DNA from: an uncultured Verrucomicrobiae bacterium
Lineage (GTDB): Bacteria > Verrucomicrobiota > Verrucomicrobiia > Chthoniobacterales > JAFAMB01
Assembly: GCA_963837955.1 (NCBI GenBank)
Contig: CAWIPH010000001.1
Coordinates: 384,001-448,000 of the forward strand
Length of the DNA stretch: 64,000 bases
Reading direction: 5' to 3'
In this document: one piece after another, positions 44,111 to 53,356 of the stretch
Position numbering within the stretch: position 1 is the first letter of the stretch
Layout of the letters: the number at the start of each line of letters is the position of its first letter
Notes under the pieces: generated by a model
Told to the model about the DNA's origin: nothing
The model's input: only the letters and a program-made list of their open reading frames with translations
The model's database searches: none
Program-made: the position numbers and the translations under genes

Positions 44111-44240
44111 GGGAACGCCTGCCGGGAACGCCGAGAACGCCGAGAACGCCGTCAACGCCGGGAACGCCGGGAACGCCGGGAACGCCGAGAACGCCGTCAA
44201 CGCCAAACGCCAAACGCCAAACGCCAAACGCCAAACGCCG
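44111..44240 (+). repeat. AACGCC-core array: 9-mer register switching to 7-mer register
   Basis: Nine cores at 9-nt period (44127-44199), then five at 7-nt period (44206-44234). Confidence 0.95.
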
Positions 44241-44283
44241 CGGGGCTTGCAACCCCCGGCCCGTCCCCTTTAACCTCGCTCAC

Positions 44284-45168
44284 ATGCTCCGTTTCCTCCG
44301 GCTCGTTTTTTTTGCTCTTCTTTCATCGACGCTCGCCGGTCAGGCATCCGACTCGAGCCGGCGTTTATGCTTTAGCCGCGATCAGGCCATCTGGCTCTCG
44401 AATCTGGATGGTACTGGCGCTCGCAAGGTCGCAACCGGAGCTGATCCTGCGATTTCCCCGGACGGTACCCGGATTGCTTACACCGAACTAGGCAAGCAAA
44501 CCGTCCGGCACATTGCCGTGATTGATCTCGCTACGGGAGCCAAAACGATCGTTCGCGATGTCCCAAGTGATAACGCGTATGGACCGATCTGGTCGCCCGA
44601 CGGCAAACAGCTTGTCTTCAAAATCTTTGTGAACAGTCACTGGCGTCTTGGTTTAATCCCGGCCGACGGTACCGGATTCCAATTTATCGGTGAGCTTTCA
44701 CCGACGAATCAGGATTACGAATCTCCTGCCTGGGCCCTGGATGGCAAAAGCCTTTATAGCCAGGATTTGACGAACATTTATCGGATCGATTTGACCGGCA
44801 AGGTGTTGAGCCAATGGAAAATTTCCGAAGCTCTATTGAACGCGGGCATGAACAGCGGTGATCGGATCGACCCCGCTGCCGACGGTCAACATCTTCTATT
44901 GGATGCCGACCTCGACGAGGATGGTCCAATCAAGAATTGGGATGGACCGTCACCGGCGGTCTTCTTGTTCGATATTGCAACCGGCAAATCCAAACGGATC
45001 TCTTCGCTAATGCCGTACGCGTGGGAGCCATATTGGTTGAATGAGCAAGAGTACCTTTTCACTGGAACGAAAGACGGCAAGCACTTCGAAATTTATAAAA
45101 CCTCGCTCAGTGGCGGTTCTCCTCAATTGTTGATCAAGAACGCATCAGGGGTAACGGTTTCGAGGTAG
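44284..45168 (+). CDS. Secreted TolB-like/PD40 beta-propeller protein
   Basis: Signal peptide; PAISPDGTRIAY, PIWSPDGKQL and PAWALDGKSL repeats. Confidence 0.88.
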   Translation: MLRFLRLVFFALLSSTLAGQASDSSRRLCFSRDQAIWLSNLDGTGARKVATGADPAISPDGTRIAYTELGKQTVRHIAVIDLATGAKTIVRDVPSDNAYGPIWSPDGKQLVFKIFVNSHWRLGLIPADGTGFQFIGELSPTNQDYESPAWALDGKSLYSQDLTNIYRIDLTGKVLSQWKISEALLNAGMNSGDRIDPAADGQHLLLDADLDEDGPIKNWDGPSPAVFLFDIATGKSKRISSLMPYAWEPYWLNEQEYLFTGTKDGKHFEIYKTSLSGGSPQLLIKNASGVTVSR

Positions 45169-45180
45169 GTACAGGTTAAG

Positions 45181-45260
45181 AGCGCCGGGAACGCCGGGAG
45201 CGCCGGGAACGCCGGGAACGCCGGAAACGCCGGAAACGCCAAACGCCAAACGCCAAACGC
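45181..45260 (+). repeat. AACGCC-core array: seven 9-mers then three 7-mers
   Basis: (A[A/G]CGCCGG[G/A])n followed by (AAACGCC)n. Confidence 0.95.
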
Positions 45261-45312
45261 GTGAGACCATCTGCTATTTGCTATTTGCCATTTGTTCCCC
45301 TCAGTTTGCCGC

Positions 45313-46326
45313 ATGGACTTCATTGTTGTCGGAATCGGGTTTTGGGGCAAAGAATGGACTGAGCTCCTGAAAGCCCATCCGCTCGCCTCGGTGGTTGCAA
45401 CTGTAGACGTCAGCGAAGCAGCCGCCCAATGGTCACAGGAAACGCTCGGCATTCCTTGCTTTCCGCGCCTGGACCAAGCGATCGAAAAAGTGCCGGCGGA
45501 TGCGGTGTTAGTTGTCACCAACCCAGGCCAGCACAAGCCAGTCATTCTCGAGGCGCTTCGCCACGGCAAACATGTTCTGGTGGAGAAACCGATGGTGACA
45601 TCGATCGAAGAAGCTACGGAGATTGCTGCTGCCGCCGAGCGTTCCCCCGGCAAGGTTATGGCTGCGCAAGGCTATCGATTCCTCTATTCTGCAGGATTCG
45701 TCCGCGAAAGGTTAGTTGCCGGCGACATTGGGGAACTGCAAGGCGTCAAGATCCGCTTCCGCCGCCACTTGCCTGATGTCATCAGCAACCCGGAACATCC
45801 GATCTACGCTCTGCCGCATTCGATCCTTCTCGATATGTCGGTGCATCATTTTGATCTTCTCCGCTACATGACTCGGCGAGAGGTTGTCAGTGTGGTAGCC
45901 ATGGAACACGACACTCCAGATAACGCGTTTAAGCATCCTTCCAATGCGATTTGCCTCGTGCGACTGGAACAAAACGTCCCAGTCGTTTGGGATGGTGACT
46001 GGTGTGCCCGTGGGGGCCCCGTGACTTCGTGGGAAGGGGAGTGGCAATTTATTGGCAACAAAGCGCGTCTCTTTTGGGCCGGAAATATTGATGGAAAGAA
46101 TCTGACTTCGGTTCGCCTGGAAGTACCTGAGCAAGAACCGCAGGAACTCCTGACCCATGAGCCAGTCTGGGAGCGTCGCCTACCCCTTCTGGAGCACTTC
46201 ATCGAGAGCATCACGCGAGGTAAACAACCGGAACCGAGTATCCTTGATAACCGCAAGACGCTAGCGGTCGTGTTCGGGAGCCTGGAATCGGTGTTAAAGA
46301 AAACCGAAGTGCGGTTAGGGGAGTGA
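45313..46326 (+). CDS. Gfo/Idh/MocA oxidoreductase
   Basis: VVGIGFWG, GKHVLVEKP, DMSVHHFD; start set at ATG 45313. Confidence 0.93.
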   Translation: MDFIVVGIGFWGKEWTELLKAHPLASVVATVDVSEAAAQWSQETLGIPCFPRLDQAIEKVPADAVLVVTNPGQHKPVILEALRHGKHVLVEKPMVTSIEEATEIAAAAERSPGKVMAAQGYRFLYSAGFVRERLVAGDIGELQGVKIRFRRHLPDVISNPEHPIYALPHSILLDMSVHHFDLLRYMTRREVVSVVAMEHDTPDNAFKHPSNAICLVRLEQNVPVVWDGDWCARGGPVTSWEGEWQFIGNKARLFWAGNIDGKNLTSVRLEVPEQEPQELLTHEPVWERRLPLLEHFIESITRGKQPEPSILDNRKTLAVVFGSLESVLKKTEVRLGE

Positions 46327-46358
46327 GGCACCGCCATCGAGACAGCATTCCCCGGATC

Positions 46359-46647
46359 GGTAGGGCGAAAGCCTGATACCGTCTCAGCGGGGTCGGCTTG
46401 AGCCATCGTGGTTCGCCCCGGCGTGTTGTTCACCCATTTCAGCCACCGCAATGAAATCAAAAACACGATGGAGATCGAACCGCGGACGTGGCTCAAACCC
46501 GGCGCGAAACAGTTTAGAGAACATGGCTCGCGTTGAGCGCACCGAGGCCGCCTTCGCAGACTACGGCGCGCCCTTAGCCCTGAGGATATGGGCATCCAAA
46601 CGCGTGGCCGCGAGGAAGGCCTTGCGGAGTCGGGTTTTCGCCCTACC
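46359..46647. mobile_element. MITE/REPIN-like element, copy 2
   Basis: GGTAGGGCGAAA...TTTCGCCCTACC termini; homologous to 6267-6523. Confidence 0.7.
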
Positions 46648-46725
46648 CACAATGGGTCACGCGACCGCTTGGTTACCATATACACGGTGAGTTGCCATTG
46701 AGTCCCAAGGGCGTAATCCTCTACT

Positions 46726-47733
46726 ATGAACCCAATCCGAGCACTTGCTGCTAAAGACGCGCAGTCCAAACTCGAGCCTTTCGAGTACACACTGGGACCG
46801 CTGAACGACGATCAAGTCGATATCGAAGTACAATATTGCGGTGTTTGTCATTCCGATTTGAGCATGCTCAAAAACGAATGGGGCATGACCTCTTATCCGT
46901 TTGTACCGGGCCATGAGGTGGTGGGAAAGATTTCCGCTAAAGGGAGTCACGTCCCTCTACTGGAAATCGGGCAAACGGTCGGACTTGGCTGGTACTCCGC
47001 AAGCTGTTTATCCTGCCCCAATTGTCTTTCTGGTGATCACAATCTTTGCCCGACCGGGGAAGGGACGATTGTGAAACGCTATGGCGGATTTGCTACTCAG
47101 GTACGCTGCCAATGGATTTGGGCCACTCCGCTGCCGGAGACCCTGGATCAGATCTCGGCGGGCCCACTTTTCTGCGGCGGGATCACCGTGTTTAACCCGA
47201 TGGTGCAGCATGAGCTGAGGCCCACCGCCCGTGCCGGGGTGGTCGGGATTGGCGGACTCGGACACCTTGCGCTGCAGTTTCTGCGTAAATGGGGTTGCGA
47301 AGTGATCGCGTTCAGTTCGAATCCAAGCAAGCGCGACGAGGCGCTCAACTTCGGGGCACACCAAGTGGTCGATTCTCGGACCGCTACCGATCACCTGCGG
47401 GGTGCACTCGATCTGATCCTTGTGACAGTCAATGTCCCTTTAGATTGGGAGGCTTACCTGGCGCTGCTAGCGCCGAAGGGCACGCTGCATTTTGTCGGCG
47501 CTGTGCCTCAGCCTATTGCCGTCTCGGCGTTTTCGCTGCTGGCGGGCCAGAAGTCGGTCGCGGGTTCGCCACTTGGCAGCCCGGCTACAACTCGTTCCAT
47601 GATCGACTTTTGCACGCGGCATCAGATCGCGCCGAAGATCGAGCGGTTTCCGATGTCGAAAGCAAACGAAGCGTTAGAACATTTGGAGAAAGGGAAGGCG
47701 CGTTATCGGATCGTGCTCGAAAACGACTTGTAA
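46726..47733 (+). CDS. NADPH-dependent aldehyde reductase, cinnamyl-alcohol dehydrogenase family (Ahr-like)
   Basis: CGVCHSD, PGHEVVG, CLSCPNC, PLFCGGITVF, GIGGLGHLA. Confidence 0.93.
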   Translation: MNPIRALAAKDAQSKLEPFEYTLGPLNDDQVDIEVQYCGVCHSDLSMLKNEWGMTSYPFVPGHEVVGKISAKGSHVPLLEIGQTVGLGWYSASCLSCPNCLSGDHNLCPTGEGTIVKRYGGFATQVRCQWIWATPLPETLDQISAGPLFCGGITVFNPMVQHELRPTARAGVVGIGGLGHLALQFLRKWGCEVIAFSSNPSKRDEALNFGAHQVVDSRTATDHLRGALDLILVTVNVPLDWEAYLALLAPKGTLHFVGAVPQPIAVSAFSLLAGQKSVAGSPLGSPATTRSMIDFCTRHQIAPKIERFPMSKANEALEHLEKGKARYRIVLENDL

Positions 47734-47736
47734 AAC

Positions 47737-47838
47737 GGTTGGCGGTTGCAGGTTGGCAGGTTGGCAGGTTAGCGGGTTGGCAGGTTACAAGTTGCAGGTT
47801 GGCCTTGGGGTTCGGCTATCGGCTATCTGCTATCGGCC
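47737..47838 (+). repeat. Mixed 7/8-mer array (GGTTGGCA/GGTTGCA, then GGCTATC)
   Basis: Read directly between the convergent adh and GNAT stops. Confidence 0.85.
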
Positions 47839-48272
47839 ATGCGAAGCTCTAGTTTCCTCACAAAATGATGCCCAGTGATGTCCATTCTGTTTTGGAGATA
47901 AAAACGATGAGCCTCGAAACGTTGTACCCCGGAGTCGAGAACAACTGCGGAACATCCTTGCACTCGCGCCTCCTCCAACAGCCAGTCGAATAACAGGCCG
48001 GCGAATCCGTTTCGTTGGCCGTCGGTGCGGGTTACTAGATCATCGACGTACAGAAACTTGCCGTGATGCAGGTTTTCCAGAAATCGATAGCCGGCAACTG
48101 ACTGCACCGACTCTTCGTTATCTACGCAGACCAACCGGTACCCCTGTTCTATCTGCTGTTGAACGCGCTCGACGATCTCTTCTTCCGTCAGCGCCGTGCG
48201 CAACTCACGCAGGACCGGCGCGCATCTCCGAATCTCCTTGAGATCAGTAACTGGCGCGATCTTTGTGGTCAT
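47823..48272 (-). CDS. GNAT-family N-acetyltransferase
   Basis: LYVDDLVT, LDSGVQRFEAHRFY. Confidence 0.92.
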   Translation of the reverse strand: MTTKIAPVTDLKEIRRCAPVLRELRTALTEEEIVERVQQQIEQGYRLVCVDNEESVQSVAGYRFLENLHHGKFLYVDDLVTRTDGQRNGFAGLLFDWLLEEARVQGCSAVVLDSGVQRFEAHRFYLQNRMDITGHHFVRKLELRMADSR

Positions 48273-48486
48273 TGTTTGTCATAATATGATTGAAAGTAGA
48301 AAAGGACTGATAGAAAGAGCCATTTATCATAAATTAGCCAAACCACTTACGCATGCCGAAGGTCGACCAATCTCCATAACGACGCCTGTTTCCATGATCG
48401 GAACCCGTTGGCTTCGAAAAATTTATATTCTAGAGAGCGGACCGATCTGATATAAGAATTCACTCGAAATTGTTTCCCCGGTAAAG

Positions 48487-49047
48487 ATGAGAACTTATTT
48501 TCTAATGCCACTCCGTGTGCTGGTTTCGGCGCGTTTGCTTCTGGCATGTATCGCATCCTGTTTTGTTTTTTCCGTTGCGTCCCAGGCCCAAACGCAGATC
48601 GTCGCATTCGGAGCGAGTAACGTAGAGGGAAAGGGCGTCTTTCCCTCCCAGGCGTGGCCCGCGCAGCTAGAGGCCATGCTGAAGGCGAAAGGCTACAATG
48701 TGCACGTCAAAAACGCGGGCAAATCGGGCGACACAACTTCCGGAATGCTGCACCGGCTTAATTCTGCTGTTCCTTCTGGAACGAAGATTGTGATCTTGGA
48801 CATGGGCGGAGGGTATTTCAACAATCGGAACACTACCGCTGCCAGCCAGGCGAAAGGAAAAGAGGATATGGCTGCGATCGAGACGCAACTGAAATCCCGG
48901 GGCATCACCGTGATACCGGAACTGACGTCCGGCGTCCCCTTGGCCTATAAGCAGACAGACAAGATCCACCTCACCCCAGAAGGCCATAAACTGGTTGCCA
49001 CGTACCTCCTTCCGAAGGTCATCAGCGCGCTCGGCAGCTCGCACTAA
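48487..49047 (+). CDS. SGNH/GDSL esterase (TesA-like), secreted
   Basis: VAFGASNVEG, NAGKSGDTT, DKIHLTPEGH. Confidence 0.88.
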   Translation: MRTYFLMPLRVLVSARLLLACIASCFVFSVASQAQTQIVAFGASNVEGKGVFPSQAWPAQLEAMLKAKGYNVHVKNAGKSGDTTSGMLHRLNSAVPSGTKIVILDMGGGYFNNRNTTAASQAKGKEDMAAIETQLKSRGITVIPELTSGVPLAYKQTDKIHLTPEGHKLVATYLLPKVISALGSSH

Positions 49048-49067
49048 CAGCCAAAGTTTTTCCTTGG

Positions 49068-50585
49068 CTATTGCTGTGCTGCTTTCTTGGCTATCGGATC
49101 GGTTTGAAACGCTCCGCTGGTAAACTCGATCCTCCTGCCTACCAGATAGAGCGGTGTCCCCGCTAAAGCTCCGTTGGTGTATTTGGGAGTGTAGGCATAC
49201 AGCAACCAACCGGCTAACCCCTCCTCGCTGTCCAATACGATCGTCGGCTCTATCGATATTGAAACGCCGATCTCCCGCATAGCATAAGCATGTATTATCT
49301 TGGCCGGCCCAGGCCATTTTATCCCGTCGTCAGAGAGCTCGATGTAAATACCACTCTTTGTTGGGGGCAAGCCTCCGTCTTCTTCTGCCAGCCGGTTCAC
49401 GTTGAACGTCAAAATGTATTTCTTGAGCCGATTGGAATAAATGACATGGGCATTTAGAGTCGCGGCGTGTTCAGAGTGTGAATCAACAATAGCCGTCTCC
49501 TTTCCCCCAATTCCCGCTTCGGAGAATGTGCCATTGTAAAATTTTTCCCAATTATCTGGAAGCGGTGGCCCTTTGCTTAATTCCGAGCGCGCCATGCAAA
49601 TCTGAGCGTACCCGCCAGTCATTCCAGAGAAAGCGGTATAATAGAGAAAGACATACCGGCCGGAGGGATCGATAACGGCTGCCGGGGAGCCGGCTCCGCG
49701 AATGCTCTGAGTACCCCAATCAGCCCATTCTTTTGGTTTTGCGCTCTTGATAACTTGGCCCTTCTTTGTCCAGCTGTTACCTTCGTCCTCGGACTCGGCC
49801 ACACCGATGCTGCAGTACATGCCCTTGACTCCCATTTGATGGGCTGTGGGTATGTCGCCTTCGTAATCTCGCCCCTCGTAAAAGGCGTATAGTCTGTTGT
49901 CGAATCTTACGATCGAGCCAGCGCCTGCTCCGCCGTTGTCGAACTCTCCCGGCGCACCTGGGCCGAACACCTTACTGGCCGAAATCAAATTTTTGAAATC
50001 TTTGCCTGTGACCAAGTAAGTATCATTGCCAACCTGGGTCAAAAATTGCAGATGATCTGGTTTTTGCTCAAAAACGACAACCCCCTTACCGCCTATATCC
50101 CGGAGTCCCAGATCCTTATCATTCAGTAATGTCTGTTCCTCTTTTACGACCAGCTGAATCCCGCCGCGCAGGTCGACTATCGGGATCGGCGTGAGCGCCG
50201 CGGATCCAGAGGCAGCCGCTTTGCGCCTGTCCGCTTGTTCGGATCCCTGTGAATCCACCGTCCGATTGGCATCGATAACCGCAGAGATAATGAGGATCAT
50301 TCCTCCCGTAACGAAGAGCGCTACCGCCGGCCACATTACGAAGTGGAGCCTAACCGATGGCCTCTGCTCTTGGGCATGGCGCCGATCGAGCCTCCAACCG
50401 ATCACTAGCGCGATGCCAAACCCGACCAGAAGTACAGCCAGGACCACCTTGAGAGTCCAGCTCGGCAGGCTCAAAACGCCACCCACGGTAGATGCGACCT
50501 GAAGAATCAGCCAAGCAGAGACCACATACCCACCGGCAATCCGGTAAATGCTCCGGGATCGAAGTTCCTCGAGAAACGCACTCAC
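49068..50585 (-). CDS. Membrane-anchored protein with a glycosidase-like beta-propeller
   Basis: Three N-terminal TM helices; Asp-box-like SEDEGNSW and SDDGIKW. Confidence 0.75.
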   Translation of the reverse strand: MSAFLEELRSRSIYRIAGGYVVSAWLILQVASTVGGVLSLPSWTLKVVLAVLLVGFGIALVIGWRLDRRHAQEQRPSVRLHFVMWPAVALFVTGGMILIISAVIDANRTVDSQGSEQADRRKAAASGSAALTPIPIVDLRGGIQLVVKEEQTLLNDKDLGLRDIGGKGVVVFEQKPDHLQFLTQVGNDTYLVTGKDFKNLISASKVFGPGAPGEFDNGGAGAGSIVRFDNRLYAFYEGRDYEGDIPTAHQMGVKGMYCSIGVAESEDEGNSWTKKGQVIKSAKPKEWADWGTQSIRGAGSPAAVIDPSGRYVFLYYTAFSGMTGGYAQICMARSELSKGPPLPDNWEKFYNGTFSEAGIGGKETAIVDSHSEHAATLNAHVIYSNRLKKYILTFNVNRLAEEDGGLPPTKSGIYIELSDDGIKWPGPAKIIHAYAMREIGVSISIEPTIVLDSEEGLAGWLLYAYTPKYTNGALAGTPLYLVGRRIEFTSGAFQTDPIAKKAAQQ

Positions 50586-50840
50586 GACGAGAAAGGCGTG
50601 GTCACGCGGGAGATTACTCCGATTCGTACGGAGTAGTGGAGCCTTAAATTCGCCTATTCTGCGCCCGCATTTCGGGGGCAGACGACAATACCATCTAGTT
50701 TGAGCTTCAGGCTCGGGAAAGACGAAGCATTGCCAGCGCGCATTGAGGAATCAGGACAAGGACTTCTCGTACAAACGAGACATCGATTCGGCAGTGGCCG
50801 TTCCCGGGAGCCGTAAGCGACTCCCCTCCGTCACGGTCGA

Positions 50841-51077
50841 TTACCCGGTTTGACTTTCTATTTCGTTAAAGGTGATCGATTTCAGCTCTACTCCAGTGAT
50901 TTGGTCGGGGTTCACAATCTCGATACGCCCGATCTCCTTTTCAAAAACCAGTCGCCCGTAGGGGCTCACCCAGGCGCTTTCGCGAGTTCTGACATAGATC
51001 GAGTCGCCGCCAACTCGGTGTATCGTAAACGGCCGCCAATCTTTGGCTCTCAAGAGTTCCCTGATCCGGTCCGTCAT
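50841..51077 (-). CDS. Small hypothetical protein
   Basis: MTDRIRELLRAKDWRPFTIHRVGG; resembles a small conserved PVC-superphylum family (recalled, not searched). Confidence 0.65.
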   Translation of the reverse strand: MTDRIRELLRAKDWRPFTIHRVGGDSIYVRTRESAWVSPYGRLVFEKEIGRIEIVNPDQITGVELKSITFNEIESQTG

Positions 51078-51208
51078 ACATATGGCTAAGTCCAAAAATG
51101 GTTTCGTACAAGCGACTCAACGAGGGCAGGGATTTATAGCGGCTCCCTCGTTGGCTCACTATGCACAGTTCGTTGTGTTCCAACTCCAGTTTCCGGTATT
51201 CTGCACAC

Positions 51209-51799
51209 ATGAATGCCCAAGCTAAACCGGATGTTCGGTCCTCCGCCAGAATCTGGCGGCGCGTGCTGGATGACGCGAGCTTTGAAATCAGTCGATTGAT
51301 TTGCTCTCTCACTGGCTATCAGTTAACTGGCACGATCCTTTCGGCGCACGAAAATCAACCGCTTGAAACCCACTATCAAATCCTCTGCGATCTGGATTGG
51401 CGGACACGAGAAGTCGCAATTCAACAGTGCAACGGGTTCGCGGAATCGAACATCAAGCTTTCCGTTAGCGATGGGACGTGGCACCGCCTGGGCGGTGGCG
51501 TATTGCCCGGGCTTGCTAGTTGTATGGACGTCGATATCGAATTTACGCCTGCGACCAACGCACTACCCGTCAATCGGCTCAAATTAGGTGTGGGCGAGTC
51601 TGCTGAGATACTGGTGGCCTGGATCCGTGTTCCCTCGCTCGCAGTTGTTCCAGCTCGCCAGCGGTACGAGCGCTTAAGCACAGATACCTATCGCTATACA
51701 AGTGTCGAGAGCGGCTTCCAGGCCGATATAGAAGTCGATACATCCGGGCTTCCCATCCGCTACGGAAAAATCTGGGAGCGGATTGGCATGGCGGGTTAG
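51209..51799 (+). CDS. Putative glycolipid-binding domain protein (DUF1089-like)
   Basis: CDLDWRTR, CMDVDIEFTPATNALPVNRL, QRYERL. Confidence 0.88.
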   Translation: MNAQAKPDVRSSARIWRRVLDDASFEISRLICSLTGYQLTGTILSAHENQPLETHYQILCDLDWRTREVAIQQCNGFAESNIKLSVSDGTWHRLGGGVLPGLASCMDVDIEFTPATNALPVNRLKLGVGESAEILVAWIRVPSLAVVPARQRYERLSTDTYRYTSVESGFQADIEVDTSGLPIRYGKIWERIGMAG

Positions 51800-51807
51800 C
51801 TGTTGGT

Positions 51808-51916
51808 AACGCCGAGAACGCCGGGAGCGTCGGGAGACGCCGGGAACGCCGGGAACGCCGGGAACGCCGGGAACGCCGTCTTCCTTCTAGATTCTAAATT
51901 CTCGATTCCGGTTTCT
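51808..51916 (+). repeat. AACGCCGGG 9-mer array followed by TTCTA(G/A)A 7-mers
   Basis: Read directly. Confidence 0.9.
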
Positions 51917-51963
51917 GCATTCGATGGATTCCTCTACCCGTTTCGTTACCATGCAGATTCTGC

Positions 51964-53205
51964 GTGGAAAATCCGATGCGAAAGAAGCTTTCACTCATTT
52001 GGCACGACGCAGTCGGCGGGTTGCCATCCGATTTCTGGATCGTCTGGTCTGGCATATTGGTCAACCGGATTGGTGCCCTCGCCTTCCCGTTTCTCTCGTT
52101 CTTTCTCGCCAGCAAGGGTTTTTCTGAAAACGTGGCAGCTTTGGCGGTCTCCTGCTGGGGGATCGGCGGTTTGACTGCAACCTTTTTCGGAGGATGGAGC
52201 GCCGATCGCATCGGCCGGAAACCTACGATGCTGGCTGGCCTGCTCTTATCGGCACTGGCCATGTTTCTAATACCCTGGAGTCGGTCTATCTACGCGCTCG
52301 ATGCGTGTGCGTTCTTGGCCGGATTCGCGTTCGATTTTCAGCGTCCCGCGGTCTCCGCGTTGGTGACGGACCTGGTGCCTGTTTCGGATCGGGTCCGCGC
52401 CTTTGGATTGAACTACTGGGCGGTCAATATTGGAGCCAGTCTCGCCCCGTTGATCGGCGGAGCTCTCGCCGCGATCAGTTTCTTTTTTCTTTTCTGGTTC
52501 GATACCGTTTCGTCGCTCTGCTATTTCGTCCTGATCTTCTTTCGGCTGCGGGAGCCTGCCCAGCATCTGGTAAACACCGGCCAGCGACCTTCGCCGTTCG
52601 CCGCGTTCTCTGACCGGCGAATGCTCTTGTTATTCATCCTTTCGTCGTTCCTGACCGCCCAATTCTTTCAGGCATATTCTACTTTACCGCTGGTCATGCG
52701 TCTCCAGGGGATGAACGCTGGCGATTACAGCCGGGCTATCATCGCCAACGGGATTACGGTGGTGATTCTGAGTATTCCACTCAGCCGCATCTTGCAGCGC
52801 TGGTCGTCGGCCAAGTCCCTGGCGGCTGCGGCGGCATTCGTCGGGACCGGATTTTTCCTGACCCAATTCGCCCACACGGTTCTGGAGTATGCCGGCACCG
52901 TGGTTATTTGGACGCTGGGCGAAATCGGCGTCGCGTCCACTGCTCCGGCCTTAATCAGCCGTCTTTCGCCGCCAGGTCAACGCGGTGTTTATCAAGGAAC
53001 TTATACGATGAGCTGGTCACTTGGAATATTGCTTGGGCCAGCGGTTGGCGGCTGGGTTCTGCAAACGGCTGGTGGCCACCTGCTTTGGTCCGGATGCGGC
53101 ATTCTGGGTTGGCTGGTCGCTCTTGCGTTCTGGCTCTTTTTCGACCGAATACCGCTCGGAGAAAAGGAGACGGAACGAGGCCGGGAGCTGGAATCCAGAA
53201 TTTAG
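51964..53205 (+). CDS. MFS transporter
   Basis: Motif A GWSADRIGRK; twelve hydrophobic segments. Confidence 0.94.
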   Translation: MENPMRKKLSLIWHDAVGGLPSDFWIVWSGILVNRIGALAFPFLSFFLASKGFSENVAALAVSCWGIGGLTATFFGGWSADRIGRKPTMLAGLLLSALAMFLIPWSRSIYALDACAFLAGFAFDFQRPAVSALVTDLVPVSDRVRAFGLNYWAVNIGASLAPLIGGALAAISFFFLFWFDTVSSLCYFVLIFFRLREPAQHLVNTGQRPSPFAAFSDRRMLLLFILSSFLTAQFFQAYSTLPLVMRLQGMNAGDYSRAIIANGITVVILSIPLSRILQRWSSAKSLAAAAAFVGTGFFLTQFAHTVLEYAGTVVIWTLGEIGVASTAPALISRLSPPGQRGVYQGTYTMSWSLGILLGPAVGGWVLQTAGGHLLWSGCGILGWLVALAFWLFFDRIPLGEKETERGRELESRI

Positions 53206-53356
53206 AGGCTGTCGAGAACGCCGGCTTGTCCGACGACCGTGTCCGACGAAGCTCCTCCGCTACCTAGGCGACGTTCCAAGGATCAGCGAAGTCGGAAGCC
53301 TGCCGGAGTTTCAAACGACGGAGCGAAGTTGGAGAAAGCTGATACGCCGACACCTC

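Noticed and set aside
44054..44252. N-terminal extension of aspT (AFPAFP...) and the overlapping 214-aa ORF
   Set aside because: These are translations of the 9/7-mer DNA array; family similarity begins at MEPFYD (44053).
45864..46790. 308-aa minus-strand ORF and similar long antisense ORFs (e.g. 3347-4027, 13752-14453, 41430-42188)
   Set aside because: They shadow well-supported genes, lack recognisable motifs and are expected at this GC content.
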